Shown here piece after piece: positions 48,525 to 59,898 of a stretch of DNA of 64,000 nt. The notes under the pieces were generated by a model that saw only the letters and a list, made by a program, of their open reading frames with translations, had not been told where the DNA came from and did no database searches. Every line of letters starts with the position of its first letter. Position 1 is the stretch's first letter. Origin of the DNA: Candidatus Spyradenecus sp. (GTDB taxonomy: Bacteria; Verrucomicrobiota; Kiritimatiellia; RFP12; DVOR01); contig JAZRAG010000014.1 in assembly GCA_045634445.1 (NCBI GenBank), forward strand, positions 15,272 through 79,271, read 5' to 3'. The position numbers and the translations under genes were made by a program.

Positions 48525-50864
48525 TTAGAAGCCTTGCACTTCAGGGGTAAATTCAATTTGCGTGCGCATCTGTAATTCGTGACGCATCTTTTGCATCAAG
48601 GCTAAGATATCCGAACCATTACAAGCGTCATCGGTTGCAATCACATTAGCGTGTACAGGGGCGACAAATGCGCCACCGATACGCCAAGACTTTGCGCCGA
48701 GCTTGTCAAGTTCTGCACCAGCGCTGAAGGCGGGGTCGTATTTGAAGAGCGAACCGCAAGTGCGCAGACCTGTAAAATTGGTGCGTTTGGCATGGTATTG
48801 CATACGCGCTTCGTGGATAGTGATGCGCGGCACATTGGGCGTTAGGCGGAAGGTGACGGAGAGAATGGTCATGCCAGAGATGCCGCGGACAGAACGGTAA
48901 CCATAGGTAATCGCATCTGCGGGAATATGGCGTAATTGTCCATCGCTTAAAACAACGCGAATCTCGGTGATGCGTTCCCAAACGGCATGTTGGTGCGCGC
49001 CAGCATTCATGCGCGCCCAACCGCCCACTGTGCCCGGAATGCCGTGCATGAATTCCAAACCAGAGAGACCATCAGCTTCCAATTTATCTAAAAGGACGGC
49101 GCCTAATAAGCCAGCCCCAACGGTGATTGTGTCGCCTTCGCGATGGTATTGCTCAAAGCAGGCGCCTTTCAAGGCACAGAGGACGCCTGGTACACCAAAG
49201 TCAGAGAACCATGCATTGGAACCACCGCCAATGGTCTGCACAGGAATTTCATTGCGTTTGCAGAAGAGCATTAAGGCGGAGAGGGCGGCAATGTTTTGGG
49301 GTTCGGCGTAGATATCAGCTTTGCCGCCAGCACGGAAGAAGGTGTGCTGGGCGAGGGGCTCATTCGCACGCAATGTAACTTCGTTGGACTTAAAGTAAGC
49401 AGAGAGCAATGCAAAGGCGGCATTGGCGGCGGGTTTTATCGGGGAGGTGTTAATCTCCTGGCCAATGCGCTCAACATCGCCTGCGCCGACAATCATTAAG
49501 AGGTCACCCTCCTGCGCGGACTGACGTAAGTAATTCAATACTTCGGTGGTATCGCGTGCCAGTAAGAGGGGTTGGTTTGGGTTCTTCGCGCGCATAGCGG
49601 CGTAAAGCTCATAGGTGTCGCAACCATGATGCTTCTCTTCGCTTGCGGCATACACGGGCAATAGAATGACCTCATGTTCGCCAGTAAGCGCCTCAACGAA
49701 GTCATTTAAGAACTTCTGAGTACGCGAATAGCGATGGGGTTGGAAAATGATACGCAGGCGTTTTTTGGTCTGCAAACGCGCCATTGAGAGCATTGCGAGG
49801 AGTTCGGTCGGATGATGTGCGTAGTCAATGACTGCACGCACGGGAGCCGACTGGGCGGTCATCCACTGGAAACGGCGTTTAGGGAGTTCGGAGCAGGCGA
49901 GGGGAAGGTGCTCGCAGAGGAGTTCTTTGGGGAAGCCCAAAAGCAGACCCGCTGCCATTGCGCCGAGCGCGTTTAAGATATTGTGATCACCTGGCACGGG
50001 GAGATTAATTTCGCCGAGGAGTTCATTATTGAACCACAAGGTGAAGACGGTGTTGTCCGCAAAACGGCGTAAATCGGCAGCACGCAACATCGCACTTTCG
50101 TTGAAGCCGTAGGTCAAGATTGGCCCGCGCTTGTATTGTGTGGCCACGCGCATGGCGCGAGGTGCATCAGCGCATACTGCCACACCTTCACGTGTATTTT
50201 CGACCACGGTTGCAAAGCAGGCTTCAATTTCTTCGTAACTCTTAAAGTGGTCGACATGGTCAAGGTCGATATTGGTCATCACCGTGATGGCGGGGTGCTC
50301 ATAGGCGAGGGTGCCATCACTTTCGTCAGACTCCGCAACGGCGAGTTGGTCTTCGGAGAGACCATCATGCAGATTGCCATGAATGGGACCTGCATTGGTG
50401 TGCAAACGGGGCGTATAGCCACCTAAGCACCAGAGAGGATGTTGGCCAATACACTGTAAGAGGCGTGTGGTGAAGCAACTGGTAGTCGTTTTACCATGGG
50501 TGCCGCAGACGGCGATAGAACGCAGTACGCTAACCCACCCCGCCAAGCATTCGCCGCGAGATAAGACGGGAATTCCAGCTTCACGCGCCATGACGAGTTC
50601 GGCTTCGTTCGCACTCACAGCGGCACTGTAGACGAGGGCGTCACAGGTGGTTAAGTGCGCAGTATCGTGGTCTTGGTAGACGTGAATATTGTTGCGTTCA
50701 AAAAACTTCGAGAGCGCTGGCGGGATGTGGTGGTCGCAACCAGAGACCTTCCACCCGCGCAAGTGCAGCATCCATGCGATTGCTGCGGCACCCACACCAC
50801 AAATGCCCATGATGTGAACGCGCTTCGGCGGAAGGGTAAAGAGATTGATAGGTTGGGGCTTCAT
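48525..50864 (-). CDS. murC: Bifunctional UDP-N-acetylmuramate-L-alanine ligase / UDP-N-acetylenolpyruvoylglucosamine reductase (MurC-MurB fusion)
   Basis: N-terminal MurC (IMGICGVGAAAIA..GxxVSGCD; DYAHHPTE). C-terminal MurB FAD-binding domain (GGGSN). Confidence 0.8.
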   Translation of the reverse strand: MKPQPINLFTLPPKRVHIMGICGVGAAAIAWMLHLRGWKVSGCDHHIPPALSKFFERNNIHVYQDHDTAHLTTCDALVYSAAVSANEAELVMAREAGIPVLSRGECLAGWVSVLRSIAVCGTHGKTTTSCFTTRLLQCIGQHPLWCLGGYTPRLHTNAGPIHGNLHDGLSEDQLAVAESDESDGTLAYEHPAITVMTNIDLDHVDHFKSYEEIEACFATVVENTREGVAVCADAPRAMRVATQYKRGPILTYGFNESAMLRAADLRRFADNTVFTLWFNNELLGEINLPVPGDHNILNALGAMAAGLLLGFPKELLCEHLPLACSELPKRRFQWMTAQSAPVRAVIDYAHHPTELLAMLSMARLQTKKRLRIIFQPHRYSRTQKFLNDFVEALTGEHEVILLPVYAASEEKHHGCDTYELYAAMRAKNPNQPLLLARDTTEVLNYLRQSAQEGDLLMIVGAGDVERIGQEINTSPIKPAANAAFALLSAYFKSNEVTLRANEPLAQHTFFRAGGKADIYAEPQNIAALSALMLFCKRNEIPVQTIGGGSNAWFSDFGVPGVLCALKGACFEQYHREGDTITVGAGLLGAVLLDKLEADGLSGLEFMHGIPGTVGGWARMNAGAHQHAVWERITEIRVVLSDGQLRHIPADAITYGYRSVRGISGMTILSVTFRLTPNVPRITIHEARMQYHAKRTNFTGLRTCGSLFKYDPAFSAGAELDKLGAKSWRIGGAFVAPVHANVIATDDACNGSDILALMQKMRHELQMRTQIEFTPEVQGF

Positions 50865-51232
50865 AATAACGTGCGCTCCTCGAGCAATTCAATCAAAAAA
50901 GGGCCGTGACCCGTGGCGCAGACTTGGTGTGCACGATCAAGGGTGGCCGTCAGGGCTTCAGGACGAATACGCGCCCCACGAATACGAAAGGCTGGTGCTA
51001 AATCAACTAAACAGGGATTCGCAAAGGCCATGGGAAGGGGTTTGTCGCCCGCGAAACCATTGTTGTGGATTACGAGAATGGTGGGTTCGTGTGCCAATGC
51101 CATTCGATTTAATTCCGCAAAGAAGCCCTCCCAAAGTAAGGCTTCTGGCGTGAGATGGCGCGTTTCAACTTCACACTTATTCAAGATTTTGTACCTGTTC
51201 GCGGACCGTTTCAAGCAAGGTCTTAAATTCAA
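50861..51232 (-). CDS. Small ORF resembling the C-terminal TPP-binding domain of thiamine-diphosphate enzymes (fragment or remnant?)
   Basis: ILVIHNNGF...GPFLIELL resembles TPP-enzyme C-termini. No N-terminal partner. The 5' end overlaps the yicC 3' end. Confidence 0.2.
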   Translation of the reverse strand: MNLRPCLKRSANRYKILNKCEVETRHLTPEALLWEGFFAELNRMALAHEPTILVIHNNGFAGDKPLPMAFANPCLVDLAPAFRIRGARIRPEALTATLDRAHQVCATGHGPFLIELLEERTLL

Positions 51233-52058
51233 TTGTCAGAGTGGAGATGTGGTTGCTTGCACACTTTGAGCCCGTGGTGTTGATTTCACGGAAGAATTCT
51301 TGGCAGAGGAAATCTAAGGGGCGTCCGCAAGGTGCGTCACCTGAGAGGAGCGTCTGCGCGTGCGCGAAGTGGGCTTCGAGGCGGGTAAGTTCCTCAGAGA
51401 TATCACAACGATCTGCAAAGAGGGCAACTTCGCGTTCAAGGTGGCCTTCATCTAATGCAATGCCACTGGGGAGTAAATCCTGGATGCGTTTGGCCAACTG
51501 TTCACGATGTGTTGCGGGGAGCGTGGGGGCGATGGCTGCAATCTCTTGATACATCGCTTCTAACTTCGCTAAGCGCGTTTGGATATCCGCGGCGATGCGC
51601 TGGCCCTCGTGTTCACGCATGGTTTGGAGTTGGGCTAAAGCTGCCTGGGTGGCAGCTTCAAGTGCAGCCCAGAACTCATCAGAGGGTTCGGGGATAGCAA
51701 CGGCTTCAGGGGTAGCGGTAGAGAGTGCAACCAAGTCCGACAAGGTAGGGGTGCAAGGCACTTGTAGGGTAGTGGCTAAATCACAGACTTGTTGGTAGCG
51801 TGCTGCCAAGGATTGTGCGGCATCTGTGACTGCTGCTGTCTTGATATTCACGGCGCACTTCACAGCGCCACGCGCAATGGATGCCTTAAGCACGCTCAAG
51901 AGTTTGACTTCAAAACACATCCATTCCCGTGGTAACCAAATAGAAGCATCAAACTGCTTACGATTTACCGTTGCGATTTCAACCGTAATTGAAAACGCCT
52001 GACACGCAGCAACCCCGCGCCCAAAACCTGTCATTGATTTAACCATAATGCCACACAT
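51177..52058 (-). CDS. yicC: YicC-family stress-induced protein
   Basis: (M)VKSMTGFGRG N-terminus and ...VREQVQNLE C-terminus are typical of YicC/DUF1732. Confidence 0.75.
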   Translation of the reverse strand: MCGIMVKSMTGFGRGVAACQAFSITVEIATVNRKQFDASIWLPREWMCFEVKLLSVLKASIARGAVKCAVNIKTAAVTDAAQSLAARYQQVCDLATTLQVPCTPTLSDLVALSTATPEAVAIPEPSDEFWAALEAATQAALAQLQTMREHEGQRIAADIQTRLAKLEAMYQEIAAIAPTLPATHREQLAKRIQDLLPSGIALDEGHLEREVALFADRCDISEELTRLEAHFAHAQTLLSGDAPCGRPLDFLCQEFFREINTTGSKCASNHISTLTIEFKTLLETVREQVQNLE

Positions 52059-52204
52059 TTTATCAAATTTCTACGCGTACGCGCGCGTGTTGCTTGTCCA
52101 TTTCAGTATTTTCATCAACAACAAATACGCCTTGCAAATCAATACACACGAAGTGTAGCGTTTACAAGGCGCAGATTGCCGAAAAATGACGAATAGTACT
52201 CGTG

Positions 52205-53371
52205 TTAGAGGCACATCCGATAGATGGCTTCTACATCGGCAGGGGTAAGGGGTTTGAGGCCATTAAGCGTGCCATAACGGCAGGCTTTTTGAGCCATAAG
52301 TGGGAGGTCTTCGGCTTTGATGCCAACCTTGGTGAAGGTGTCATCAAGCTTGAGGGTCTTGAAGAAGAAGTCGCTAAGGCGACGAATGGCCTCTTGGGCG
52401 ATTGTCATCGGTGGTAATGTGGCATCAATGCCAAAGACATTTGTGCCAAATTGAACATATTTTGCAACTGTTGTTTCGTCTAAACAGTAAGTGAGCCAAC
52501 GTGGGGTCAAGATGGCAAGGCCTAAGCCGTGAGTGATGTCATAACGCGCGGAGAGTTCATGTTCCATCGGGTGGCAACTCCAATCGTGCGCTTTGCCGCC
52601 ATTGACGAAGCCATTAATGGCCCAAGAGGAGGTCCACATGAGGTTGGCACGTGCTTCGTAGTGGGTGGGCTCTGCCATCGCGATAGGGGTGTAACGGATG
52701 ATTGTCTTGAGCATCCCTTCCATAAAGCAGTCAAGCATATAGAGGTCGGCTGTTGTCGTAAAGTAGACCTCCAAAATATGACTAATCATATCAGCCGAGC
52801 CGCAAGCGGTTTGATAGGGGTTTACGGAGTAGGTGACAGTGGGATCAAGGAAGGAGACTTTGGGAAGAAGTGGTGCAGCTAAACGGCCAAGTTTATCACC
52901 TGTTTCAAGATTGGAAACAACGCCGCCAGGGTCCATTTCAGAACCCGTTGCCGAGAGGGTCAAAATCGTAACGAGCGGTAATGCTTTCTCAATGGGGGCA
53001 TGTTCAGAGAAGAACAACCACGGATCGTGATCAACATAGGCGCCAGCTGCTACGAATTTAGCAGCATCAAGTGTAGAACCACCCCCGACAGCAAGAATGA
53101 CATCAATGTGCTTTTCTTTACAAATGGCAACACCTTCACGGACAGATTCAATGCGTGGATTGGGAGCAATGCCAGAAAGTTCATAGACTTCTAAGCCTGC
53201 TTTTTCAATTTCGCGAATGACTGTGTCATATAAGCCAATTTGCTTAATGGAGCCACCACCATAGGCCAATAAGACACGCTTACCATAACGTGCGAGTTCT
53301 TTACCTAAGTGATGAAATTGGTTTTCACCAAAGTAGACCTTTACTGGAATGTCGTAAATAAAAGGATTCAT
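52205..53371 (-). CDS. Iron-containing alcohol dehydrogenase
   Basis: Fe-ADH motifs (GGGSxxD, His cluster). Start at MNPFIYD. Confidence 0.8.
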   Translation of the reverse strand: MNPFIYDIPVKVYFGENQFHHLGKELARYGKRVLLAYGGGSIKQIGLYDTVIREIEKAGLEVYELSGIAPNPRIESVREGVAICKEKHIDVILAVGGGSTLDAAKFVAAGAYVDHDPWLFFSEHAPIEKALPLVTILTLSATGSEMDPGGVVSNLETGDKLGRLAAPLLPKVSFLDPTVTYSVNPYQTACGSADMISHILEVYFTTTADLYMLDCFMEGMLKTIIRYTPIAMAEPTHYEARANLMWTSSWAINGFVNGGKAHDWSCHPMEHELSARYDITHGLGLAILTPRWLTYCLDETTVAKYVQFGTNVFGIDATLPPMTIAQEAIRRLSDFFFKTLKLDDTFTKVGIKAEDLPLMAQKACRYGTLNGLKPLTPADVEAIYRMCL

Positions 53372-53416
53372 CTTCGTGTCTCTCGTGTACGTTACACATT
53401 GCGTGTGTAACATCGG

Positions 53417-56278
53417 TTATAAAAGCGATTTGAGGGCTTGACCTGTGAAAGAACCTTCCACCTTCGCGACATCTTCAGGGGTGCCGGTTGCAACAAGGGT
53501 TCCGCCACGGTCACCGCCTTCGGGACCAAGGTCAAGAATCCAGTCTGCCGACTTAATGATGTCAAGGTTGTGCTCAATGACAACGATGGTATTTCCTTGA
53601 TCGCGGAGGCGTTGGAGAAGCGTGAGCAATTTATGCACATCTGCGAAGTGGAGACCGGTGGTCGGTTCGTCAAGGATGTAGAGTGTTTTTCCCGTAGCAC
53701 GCTTGGAGAGTTCGGTGGCCAATTTAATACGCTGTGCTTCACCCCCAGAGAAGGTGGTGGCGGATTGCCCCAAGCGGATGTAGCCTAATCCAACCTCAGA
53801 GATGGTCGCGAGTTTGTTGGCGATGGGCGGGATATCGCGGAAGAACTCCAACGCTTCATCAATGGTCATATTTAGCACATCTTCAATGGTTTTACCCTTG
53901 TAACGAACTTCAAGTGTTTCGCGATTGTAACGTGCACCATTGCACTGTTCGCATGGGACATAGACATCGGGAAGGAAGTGCATCTCAAGACGTTTCATAC
54001 CATCGCCTTGGCAAACTTCGCAACGGCCACCCTTCACGTTGAAAGAGAAGCGACCAGGCTTATAACCACGCATCTTCGCAGCGGGAGTGGCGGCAAAGAG
54101 TTCGCGAATCGCAGTAAAACAACCCGTATAAGTGACGGGGTTGGAACGCGGTGTACGGCCAATAGGGGACTGGTCAATCTCAATCATCTTATCCAAGTGC
54201 TTGAGACCTGTAATCTTCTTGTAGGTGCCCGCTTTTTCGCGTGATCCATGGAGATGGTGTGCAAGGGCGCGCTTGAGGATGTTGTCAACCAATGTAGACT
54301 TACCTGACCCCGAGACACCTGTCACGCAGACAAAGCATCCCAATGGAATCTTGGCGGTGAGGTTTTTGAGGTTGTTTTGTACGCATCCTTCTAAGGTGAG
54401 CCACTTGCCAGAAGTGGGTTTGACACGCTTGGGAACTGGGACGAATTTACGCCCTGTGAGATAGTCAGCCGTCTGCGAACGCGCACATTCAAGAAGGCCC
54501 TTTGCGGGGCCTTGGTAGACCACTTCGCCCCCATGGACACCTGCGCCAGGGCCGATATCAATAATGTAATCTGCGCGGCGAATCATCTCTTCATCGTGTT
54601 CCACCACGACAACCGTATTGCCGCGTTTTTGGAGACGATGGAGCATATTGATGAGGCGTTCGTTATCACGCGGATGGAGACCAATTGTGGGCTCGTCTAA
54701 GACGTAGAGCACGCCCACAAGACCACTGCCAATCTGTGAGGCGAGACGAATACGTTGCATTTCGCCGCCAGAAAGGGTGGCACTTTCGCGTTCAAGGGAG
54801 AGATAGTCAAGGCCCACATCCACAAGGAAGCCTAAGCGCCGGCGAATTTCCTTGAGGATATCTGCCGCCACGGTTTGTTCGTGTTCGGCGAGGGGCTCTG
54901 GCACGAGGTAATCTGCATCTGCAGGCGTCTTTTCTGCGAGGGCATCAAAGAAGGCGAGGGCATCACGCGCAGGAAGTGACATAATGTCGGGAAGTGTGCG
55001 CCCCCCAACGGTTGCTACGCGACTCTCTGGGCGCAGACGCTGTCCATTACATGCGGGACAACGCTCTGGAGAGAGGAATTGGGAGAGCGTTTCACGTGTA
55101 TCGTCATTGTCGCTTTCTGCGTAGCGACGTTGAAGATTGGGTAGGACACCTTCAAAGGGTTTGTCTGTCGTATTGCGTACTCCCTTGAGGTAGTAAACGA
55201 GCTCTACGGGCTCGTCTCCCGTGCCATGGAGTAATTCATCGCGAAACCATTTAGGCAACGCTTCAAAGGGTGTTTCAAGGTCGATGCCACGATTGTCTGC
55301 AAAGGCGCCGAGGAGCCAGTTGTAGTACATCAAGAGGTGATGTCCTCCGCGTCGCCATCCCACAATTGCTTCGCGGAGAGGTTTGGTCTTATCGGGAACG
55401 ACGAGGTCTTCGTCAAAGACCATTAAGGCGCCCAAACCAGAACACTTCGGACACGCGCCATAAGGGGAGTTAAAGGAGAAACTGCGCGGCTTGAGTGCTT
55501 CAAAGCTAATGCCACAATCCGAACAGGCATTTTTTTCAGAGTAAAGCGTGGCTTCCCCCCCAACGATTGAGACCTCAACTAATCCATCGGCTGCACGCAG
55601 GGCTTGTTCAACGCTATCTGTAATACGGCTCCGAAGACCTGGCTTGAGGACTAAGCGGTCAATCACCGCATCAATGCGGTGGGGACACTTTTTATCAAGG
55701 TCGGGCCATTCATTCTCAATATCAACAATCGTACCATCCACACGTGCACGCACATAGCCTTGACGTTGTAATTGGGCACGCACTTCATCATGACGTCCTT
55801 TACGGCCGCGAATGACAGGGGCGAAGAGGATGAGCTTGGTTCCTTCCGGAAGGCGTTCAATGTGGTCAACGATTTGTTCGGCGCTCTGTGGGTGGACAGC
55901 CTTGCCGCACTTTGGACAGTGCGCGTGACCAATATTGCCCCACAACAAACGCAGATAATCGTGAATTTCGGTCACCGTGGCCACGATGGAACGTGGATTA
56001 CTCCCACTGGCGCGTTGTTCAATTGCAATTGCAGGGGAGAGGCCTTCAATGTGTTCGACATCCGGCTTCTGGAGTTGGTCTAAGAATTGACGCGCATAGG
56101 CAGACAAACTCTCCACGTAGCGACGTTGCCCCTCTGCGTAGAGCGTATCAAAGGCGAGCGAACTCTTGCCCGAACCCGAAAGTCCCGTAATCACCGTCAG
56201 TGAATCGCGCGGGATACGGACATTGATATTCTTGAGATTATGTTGGCGGGCACCAGTAATTAAAATATCATCAGACAT
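53417..56278 (-). CDS. uvrA: Excinuclease ABC subunit A
   Basis: 953 aa. Two ABC modules ([11 protein letters not shown] and [11 protein letters not shown]). Zinc-finger Cys clusters. Confidence 0.95.
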   Translation of the reverse strand: MSDDILITGARQHNLKNINVRIPRDSLTVITGLSGSGKSSLAFDTLYAEGQRRYVESLSAYARQFLDQLQKPDVEHIEGLSPAIAIEQRASGSNPRSIVATVTEIHDYLRLLWGNIGHAHCPKCGKAVHPQSAEQIVDHIERLPEGTKLILFAPVIRGRKGRHDEVRAQLQRQGYVRARVDGTIVDIENEWPDLDKKCPHRIDAVIDRLVLKPGLRSRITDSVEQALRAADGLVEVSIVGGEATLYSEKNACSDCGISFEALKPRSFSFNSPYGACPKCSGLGALMVFDEDLVVPDKTKPLREAIVGWRRGGHHLLMYYNWLLGAFADNRGIDLETPFEALPKWFRDELLHGTGDEPVELVYYLKGVRNTTDKPFEGVLPNLQRRYAESDNDDTRETLSQFLSPERCPACNGQRLRPESRVATVGGRTLPDIMSLPARDALAFFDALAEKTPADADYLVPEPLAEHEQTVAADILKEIRRRLGFLVDVGLDYLSLERESATLSGGEMQRIRLASQIGSGLVGVLYVLDEPTIGLHPRDNERLINMLHRLQKRGNTVVVVEHDEEMIRRADYIIDIGPGAGVHGGEVVYQGPAKGLLECARSQTADYLTGRKFVPVPKRVKPTSGKWLTLEGCVQNNLKNLTAKIPLGCFVCVTGVSGSGKSTLVDNILKRALAHHLHGSREKAGTYKKITGLKHLDKMIEIDQSPIGRTPRSNPVTYTGCFTAIRELFAATPAAKMRGYKPGRFSFNVKGGRCEVCQGDGMKRLEMHFLPDVYVPCEQCNGARYNRETLEVRYKGKTIEDVLNMTIDEALEFFRDIPPIANKLATISEVGLGYIRLGQSATTFSGGEAQRIKLATELSKRATGKTLYILDEPTTGLHFADVHKLLTLLQRLRDQGNTIVVIEHNLDIIKSADWILDLGPEGGDRGGTLVATGTPEDVAKVEGSFTGQALKSLL

Positions 56279-56303
56279 CGCTAAACCTCATATTAAAGAG
56301 AGA

Positions 56304-57173
56304 TTAACGCAGTTCGCAGAAGGGGCGAACCTCAGAGAGCGCAGTTTTTCCACACGCCAACATCACTAAGCGATCAATGCCAAGGGCGATACCAGCTGTA
56401 GGCGGCATTGCAGGAAGAGCGGCTAAGAAGGGCTCATCTAAGGGGTAGGTGGGCAAGCCACGCGATTGACGCATTGCGATGGTGGCTTCAAAACGTTGGC
56501 GTTGCTCGGTGGCATCGGTGAGTTCGCCATAGCCATTGGCAATTTCAATGCCATTGAGATACGCTTCAAAGCGTTCAGCAACGCGTGGATCGTTCGGATT
56601 AAGCCGTGCTAAAGCGGCAGCTGGAGCAGGGTAATCAATGAGATACGTGAGACCAGATTTTGGAAGTGCAGGCTCAATTTTCAACGCCATATCCTCATCA
56701 AAACGGTCCTCATCCCATGCTTCAAGCGGATCCCATCCTGCCACTTCGCGATAGATCTCTGCTACGCGGATGACGGTGGGCGTGAGCGATTGTCCCAAAA
56801 CGGTACTGACGAGCGCTGCCACATCGGTGTAGAGCGCATCAATGGTTTCATTTGGGCGATACCACTCTAAGAGCGTAAATTCGGGATTGTGACGCGAACC
56901 AATCTCTGCCTCACGGAAACATGCCCCCATTTGGTAAATCTTCCCAACGCCTTGGGCGAGTAAGCGCTTCATGTGCAATTCTGGAGAAGTGCGTAACCAA
57001 CGCCCTTGACCCGCTGGAGGCGGTTCTAAAAAGGCTTCATTTGCGGGCGCAGGAATACGAATCGGTGTCTCCACCTCACAGAAGCCATGCGCATCAAAGA
57101 AAGCGCGCACCGAACGTAAAATCGCGGCACGTTGTTGCAAAACGTTAAAGTCAAGAGCACCAGAATCATTCAT
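56304..57173 (-). CDS. epmA: Elongation factor P-(R)-beta-lysine ligase EpmA (truncated class II LysRS paralogue)
   Basis: Class II aaRS motifs, and a 289-aa size lacking the anticodon-binding domain. Confidence 0.65.
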   Translation of the reverse strand: MNDSGALDFNVLQQRAAILRSVRAFFDAHGFCEVETPIRIPAPANEAFLEPPPAGQGRWLRTSPELHMKRLLAQGVGKIYQMGACFREAEIGSRHNPEFTLLEWYRPNETIDALYTDVAALVSTVLGQSLTPTVIRVAEIYREVAGWDPLEAWDEDRFDEDMALKIEPALPKSGLTYLIDYPAPAAALARLNPNDPRVAERFEAYLNGIEIANGYGELTDATEQRQRFEATIAMRQSRGLPTYPLDEPFLAALPAMPPTAGIALGIDRLVMLACGKTALSEVRPFCELR

Positions 57174-57361
57174 GGTTTTTATTATAGCATAAATCGTAGA
57201 AAATGCGGATAGATAAATTGTAATAATTACGAAATGTTAGTTTAAAATGTATGAATATCAATAAAAATAAATAAAACTATTTAATGACAATCGATGCACC
57301 TTTAGATTTTTGATTACGTAGATGAAGATACTATGACAGTCGGCGTGAGGGTAAAAGAAAT

Positions 57362-57388
57362 CAGCCGCGTGAGTACACGCGGCTGAGG
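57362..57388 (-). terminator. Intrinsic terminator downstream of gdhA
   Basis: CAGCCGCGTG-tact-CACGCGGCTG followed by a U-rich run on the minus strand. Confidence 0.55.
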
Positions 57389-57411
57389 TGTATTCGTTGA
57401 AGTAACAACGA

Positions 57412-58749
57412 TTAGCAGTGGCCCTGAGCAATCATTGCTTCAGCAACCTTTTCGAAGCCTGCCACGTTTGCACCGAAGACGTAGTCGCCCTTACGGCCAT
57501 ACTTTTCTGCGGTATCATAAGCGCTGTCGTGGATAGCCTTCATGATGTCCTTGAGCTTAGCATCCACTTCAGCAGCGGACCAAGAGAGGCGCATGGAGTT
57601 CTGGCTCATTTCGAGACCGGACACTGCCACGCCACCTGCGTTTGCAGCCTTACCAGGAGCGAATGCGATGCGACCGTTGAGGTACTTGACGGCTTCAGCG
57701 GTGCAACCCATGTTGGAGGTTTCAACGACCATGATGCAGCCGTTTGCCACGAGGGTCTTTGCGTCTTCTTCATTGAGTTCGTTCTGGATAGCGCAGGGGA
57801 ATGCGATGTCGCACTTGACTTCCCAAGGCTTGCGACCCTTGACGAACTTAGCGCCGAACTTTTCAGCGTAGGGTTCGACCACGTCGTTGTTGGAAGCGCG
57901 GAGTTCGAGCATGTAATCGACGCCTTCCTGCGTCATGCCCTTTTCGTCGTAGATGTAGCCGTCAGGACCAGAGATGGCGACGACCTTAGCGCCGAGCTGG
58001 ACGAGCTTTTCTGCAGCGCCCCATGCCACGTTGCCGAAGCCAGAGAGTGCAACGGTCTTGCCCTTGATGTCCTGGCCGAGCTTTTCGAGCATGTACTGTG
58101 CGAAGTAGACGGTGCCGTAACCAGTTGCTTCAGGGCGGATGAGGGAGCCACCGAAGGGGCGACCCTTACCGGTGAGCACGCCAACGAATTCGTTGCGGAG
58201 GCGCTTGTATTGACCGAAGAGGTAACCCACTTCGCGAGCGCCCACGCCGATGTCACCAGCAGGCACGTCGGTATCAGCACCGATGTGCTTAGCGAGTTCG
58301 GTCATGAAGCTCTGGCAGAAGCGCATCACTTCGTTGTCAGACTTACCCTTGGGGTTGAAGTCGGAGCCGCCCTTACCGCCGCCCATAGGAAGGGTGGTGA
58401 GGGAGTTCTTAAAGGTCTGTTCGAAGCCGAGGAACTTCAAACCGCCCATGGTCACAGAGGGGTGGAAGCGGAGACCGCCTTTGTAGGGACCGATTGCGGA
58501 GTTGAACTGCACGCGGAAGCCACGGTTCACGCGGTAGTTACCCTGGTCGTCAATCCACGGCACGCGGAACTGGACCACGCGTTCGGGTTCAACGATACGT
58601 TCAAGGATAGCGTTCTTTTCGTACTTAGGATTGGCTTCAATGACGGTTTCAAGGGATTCAAGCACTTCGGTAACGGCCTGAATGAATTCCTTTTCGTGAC
58701 CATTCTTAGCGATGGTCTCTTCAAGGACGCGGGCGACATATGGATTCAT
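57412..58749 (-). CDS. gdhA: NADP-specific glutamate dehydrogenase
   Basis: GDH signatures (GGGKGG and GxGNVA Rossmann motifs). Confidence 0.9.
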   Translation of the reverse strand: MNPYVARVLEETIAKNGHEKEFIQAVTEVLESLETVIEANPKYEKNAILERIVEPERVVQFRVPWIDDQGNYRVNRGFRVQFNSAIGPYKGGLRFHPSVTMGGLKFLGFEQTFKNSLTTLPMGGGKGGSDFNPKGKSDNEVMRFCQSFMTELAKHIGADTDVPAGDIGVGAREVGYLFGQYKRLRNEFVGVLTGKGRPFGGSLIRPEATGYGTVYFAQYMLEKLGQDIKGKTVALSGFGNVAWGAAEKLVQLGAKVVAISGPDGYIYDEKGMTQEGVDYMLELRASNNDVVEPYAEKFGAKFVKGRKPWEVKCDIAFPCAIQNELNEEDAKTLVANGCIMVVETSNMGCTAEAVKYLNGRIAFAPGKAANAGGVAVSGLEMSQNSMRLSWSAAEVDAKLKDIMKAIHDSAYDTAEKYGRKGDYVFGANVAGFEKVAEAMIAQGHC

Positions 58750-58944
58750 GTTGTTTGCCTTTCGCTTTTTGAATCTAAAATGCTTCTATAGAAAATGTGA
58801 TAGAAACCGAGTGCGTATTTTAGCAAGTCACTTTTTTCCACGCAAATAAAAAATACAAAAAAATGATAAAAACCGTGTTGTGTCGCACGCTTCGTAAATG
58901 GATGAGGTTGAAGATATTAGGCCTTTTTCTGGCGGATAAAAAAT

Positions 58945-58975
58945 CACGCCCTGCGAGACGCAAGGCGTGAGGTGA
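58945..58975 (-). terminator. Intrinsic terminator downstream of the aldolase gene
   Basis: TCACGCC-(loop)-GGCGTGA followed by UUUUUUAU on the minus strand. Confidence 0.5.
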
Positions 58976-58994
58976 GATGTTGAGAACGCTCAGA

Positions 58995-59861
58995 TTAGAG
59001 GTCCTGATACATCTGATAAGCTTCATCCGGCTTCATGTTCTTGTGGATGACAGCTGCGACAGCGCGAATCATGGCTGCGGGCTTTTCGGACTGGAAGACG
59101 TTACGACCCATATCCACGCCTGCTGCACCTTCGTTCATTGCGCGATAGGCGAGTTCGAGCGCGTCGCGTTCGGGGATCTTCTTACCACCAGCGATCACGA
59201 TCGGCACGGGGCAGGAAGCGGTGACGGTTTCGAAGCCTTCGGTGTAGTAGGACTTCACGATGTTAGCACCGTTTTCAGCGCACATACGGGTGGCCAAACG
59301 GAAGTACTTTGCATCGCGGGTCATCTGCTTACCCACAGCGGTCACGCCCATGACAGGAATGCCATACTTCTGGCCGATATCCACGGTGTGGTAGAGGTTA
59401 GCCATCGTCTTAGCTTCCATGAGTTCGTCGCCCACTGCCACCATGACGGCCATTGCAGAGACGTTCATACGGATGGCGTCCTCGGGATCGATCACAACGT
59501 TGTCATTGAGGTTGGTGAGGATGGAAGAACCTGCGTCAGAGCGCAAGCAGACGGGGATCGTATTGGTCGGAGGGATGACCGAGCGGAGGATACCGCGGGT
59601 GCACATCAAGCAGTCGGCATACTTCATCAAAGGAACGATGGAGAGGTCGACGCGTTCAACGCCACCAGTGGGGCCCATGATGAAGCCGTGGTCGCAAGCC
59701 AACATCAAAGACTTGCCGTCCTTGGGATTGAAGATGCGGGAGAGGCGGTTCTTCATGCCCCAATCAAGATTCGAGCAGCCCTTCAAGGGGAAGCCGATGG
59801 TCTTCTGAGGGGTGCCAACGCCGAAAGCGCTAGCTTCTTTGAAATTATCCATATCTGCCAT
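58995..59861 (-). CDS. Class I aldolase of the DeoC/FbaB/LsrF family
   Basis: LMLACDHGFIMGP motif and a Schiff-base Lys region. Co-oriented with dhaL and dhaK. Confidence 0.6.
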   Translation of the reverse strand: MADMDNFKEASAFGVGTPQKTIGFPLKGCSNLDWGMKNRLSRIFNPKDGKSLMLACDHGFIMGPTGGVERVDLSIVPLMKYADCLMCTRGILRSVIPPTNTIPVCLRSDAGSSILTNLNDNVVIDPEDAIRMNVSAMAVMVAVGDELMEAKTMANLYHTVDIGQKYGIPVMGVTAVGKQMTRDAKYFRLATRMCAENGANIVKSYYTEGFETVTASCPVPIVIAGGKKIPERDALELAYRAMNEGAAGVDMGRNVFQSEKPAAMIRAVAAVIHKNMKPDEAYQMYQDL

Positions 59862-59898
59862 GGTAATTACTCCTTAAATTAGTAAAAGTGTTAGAGAA

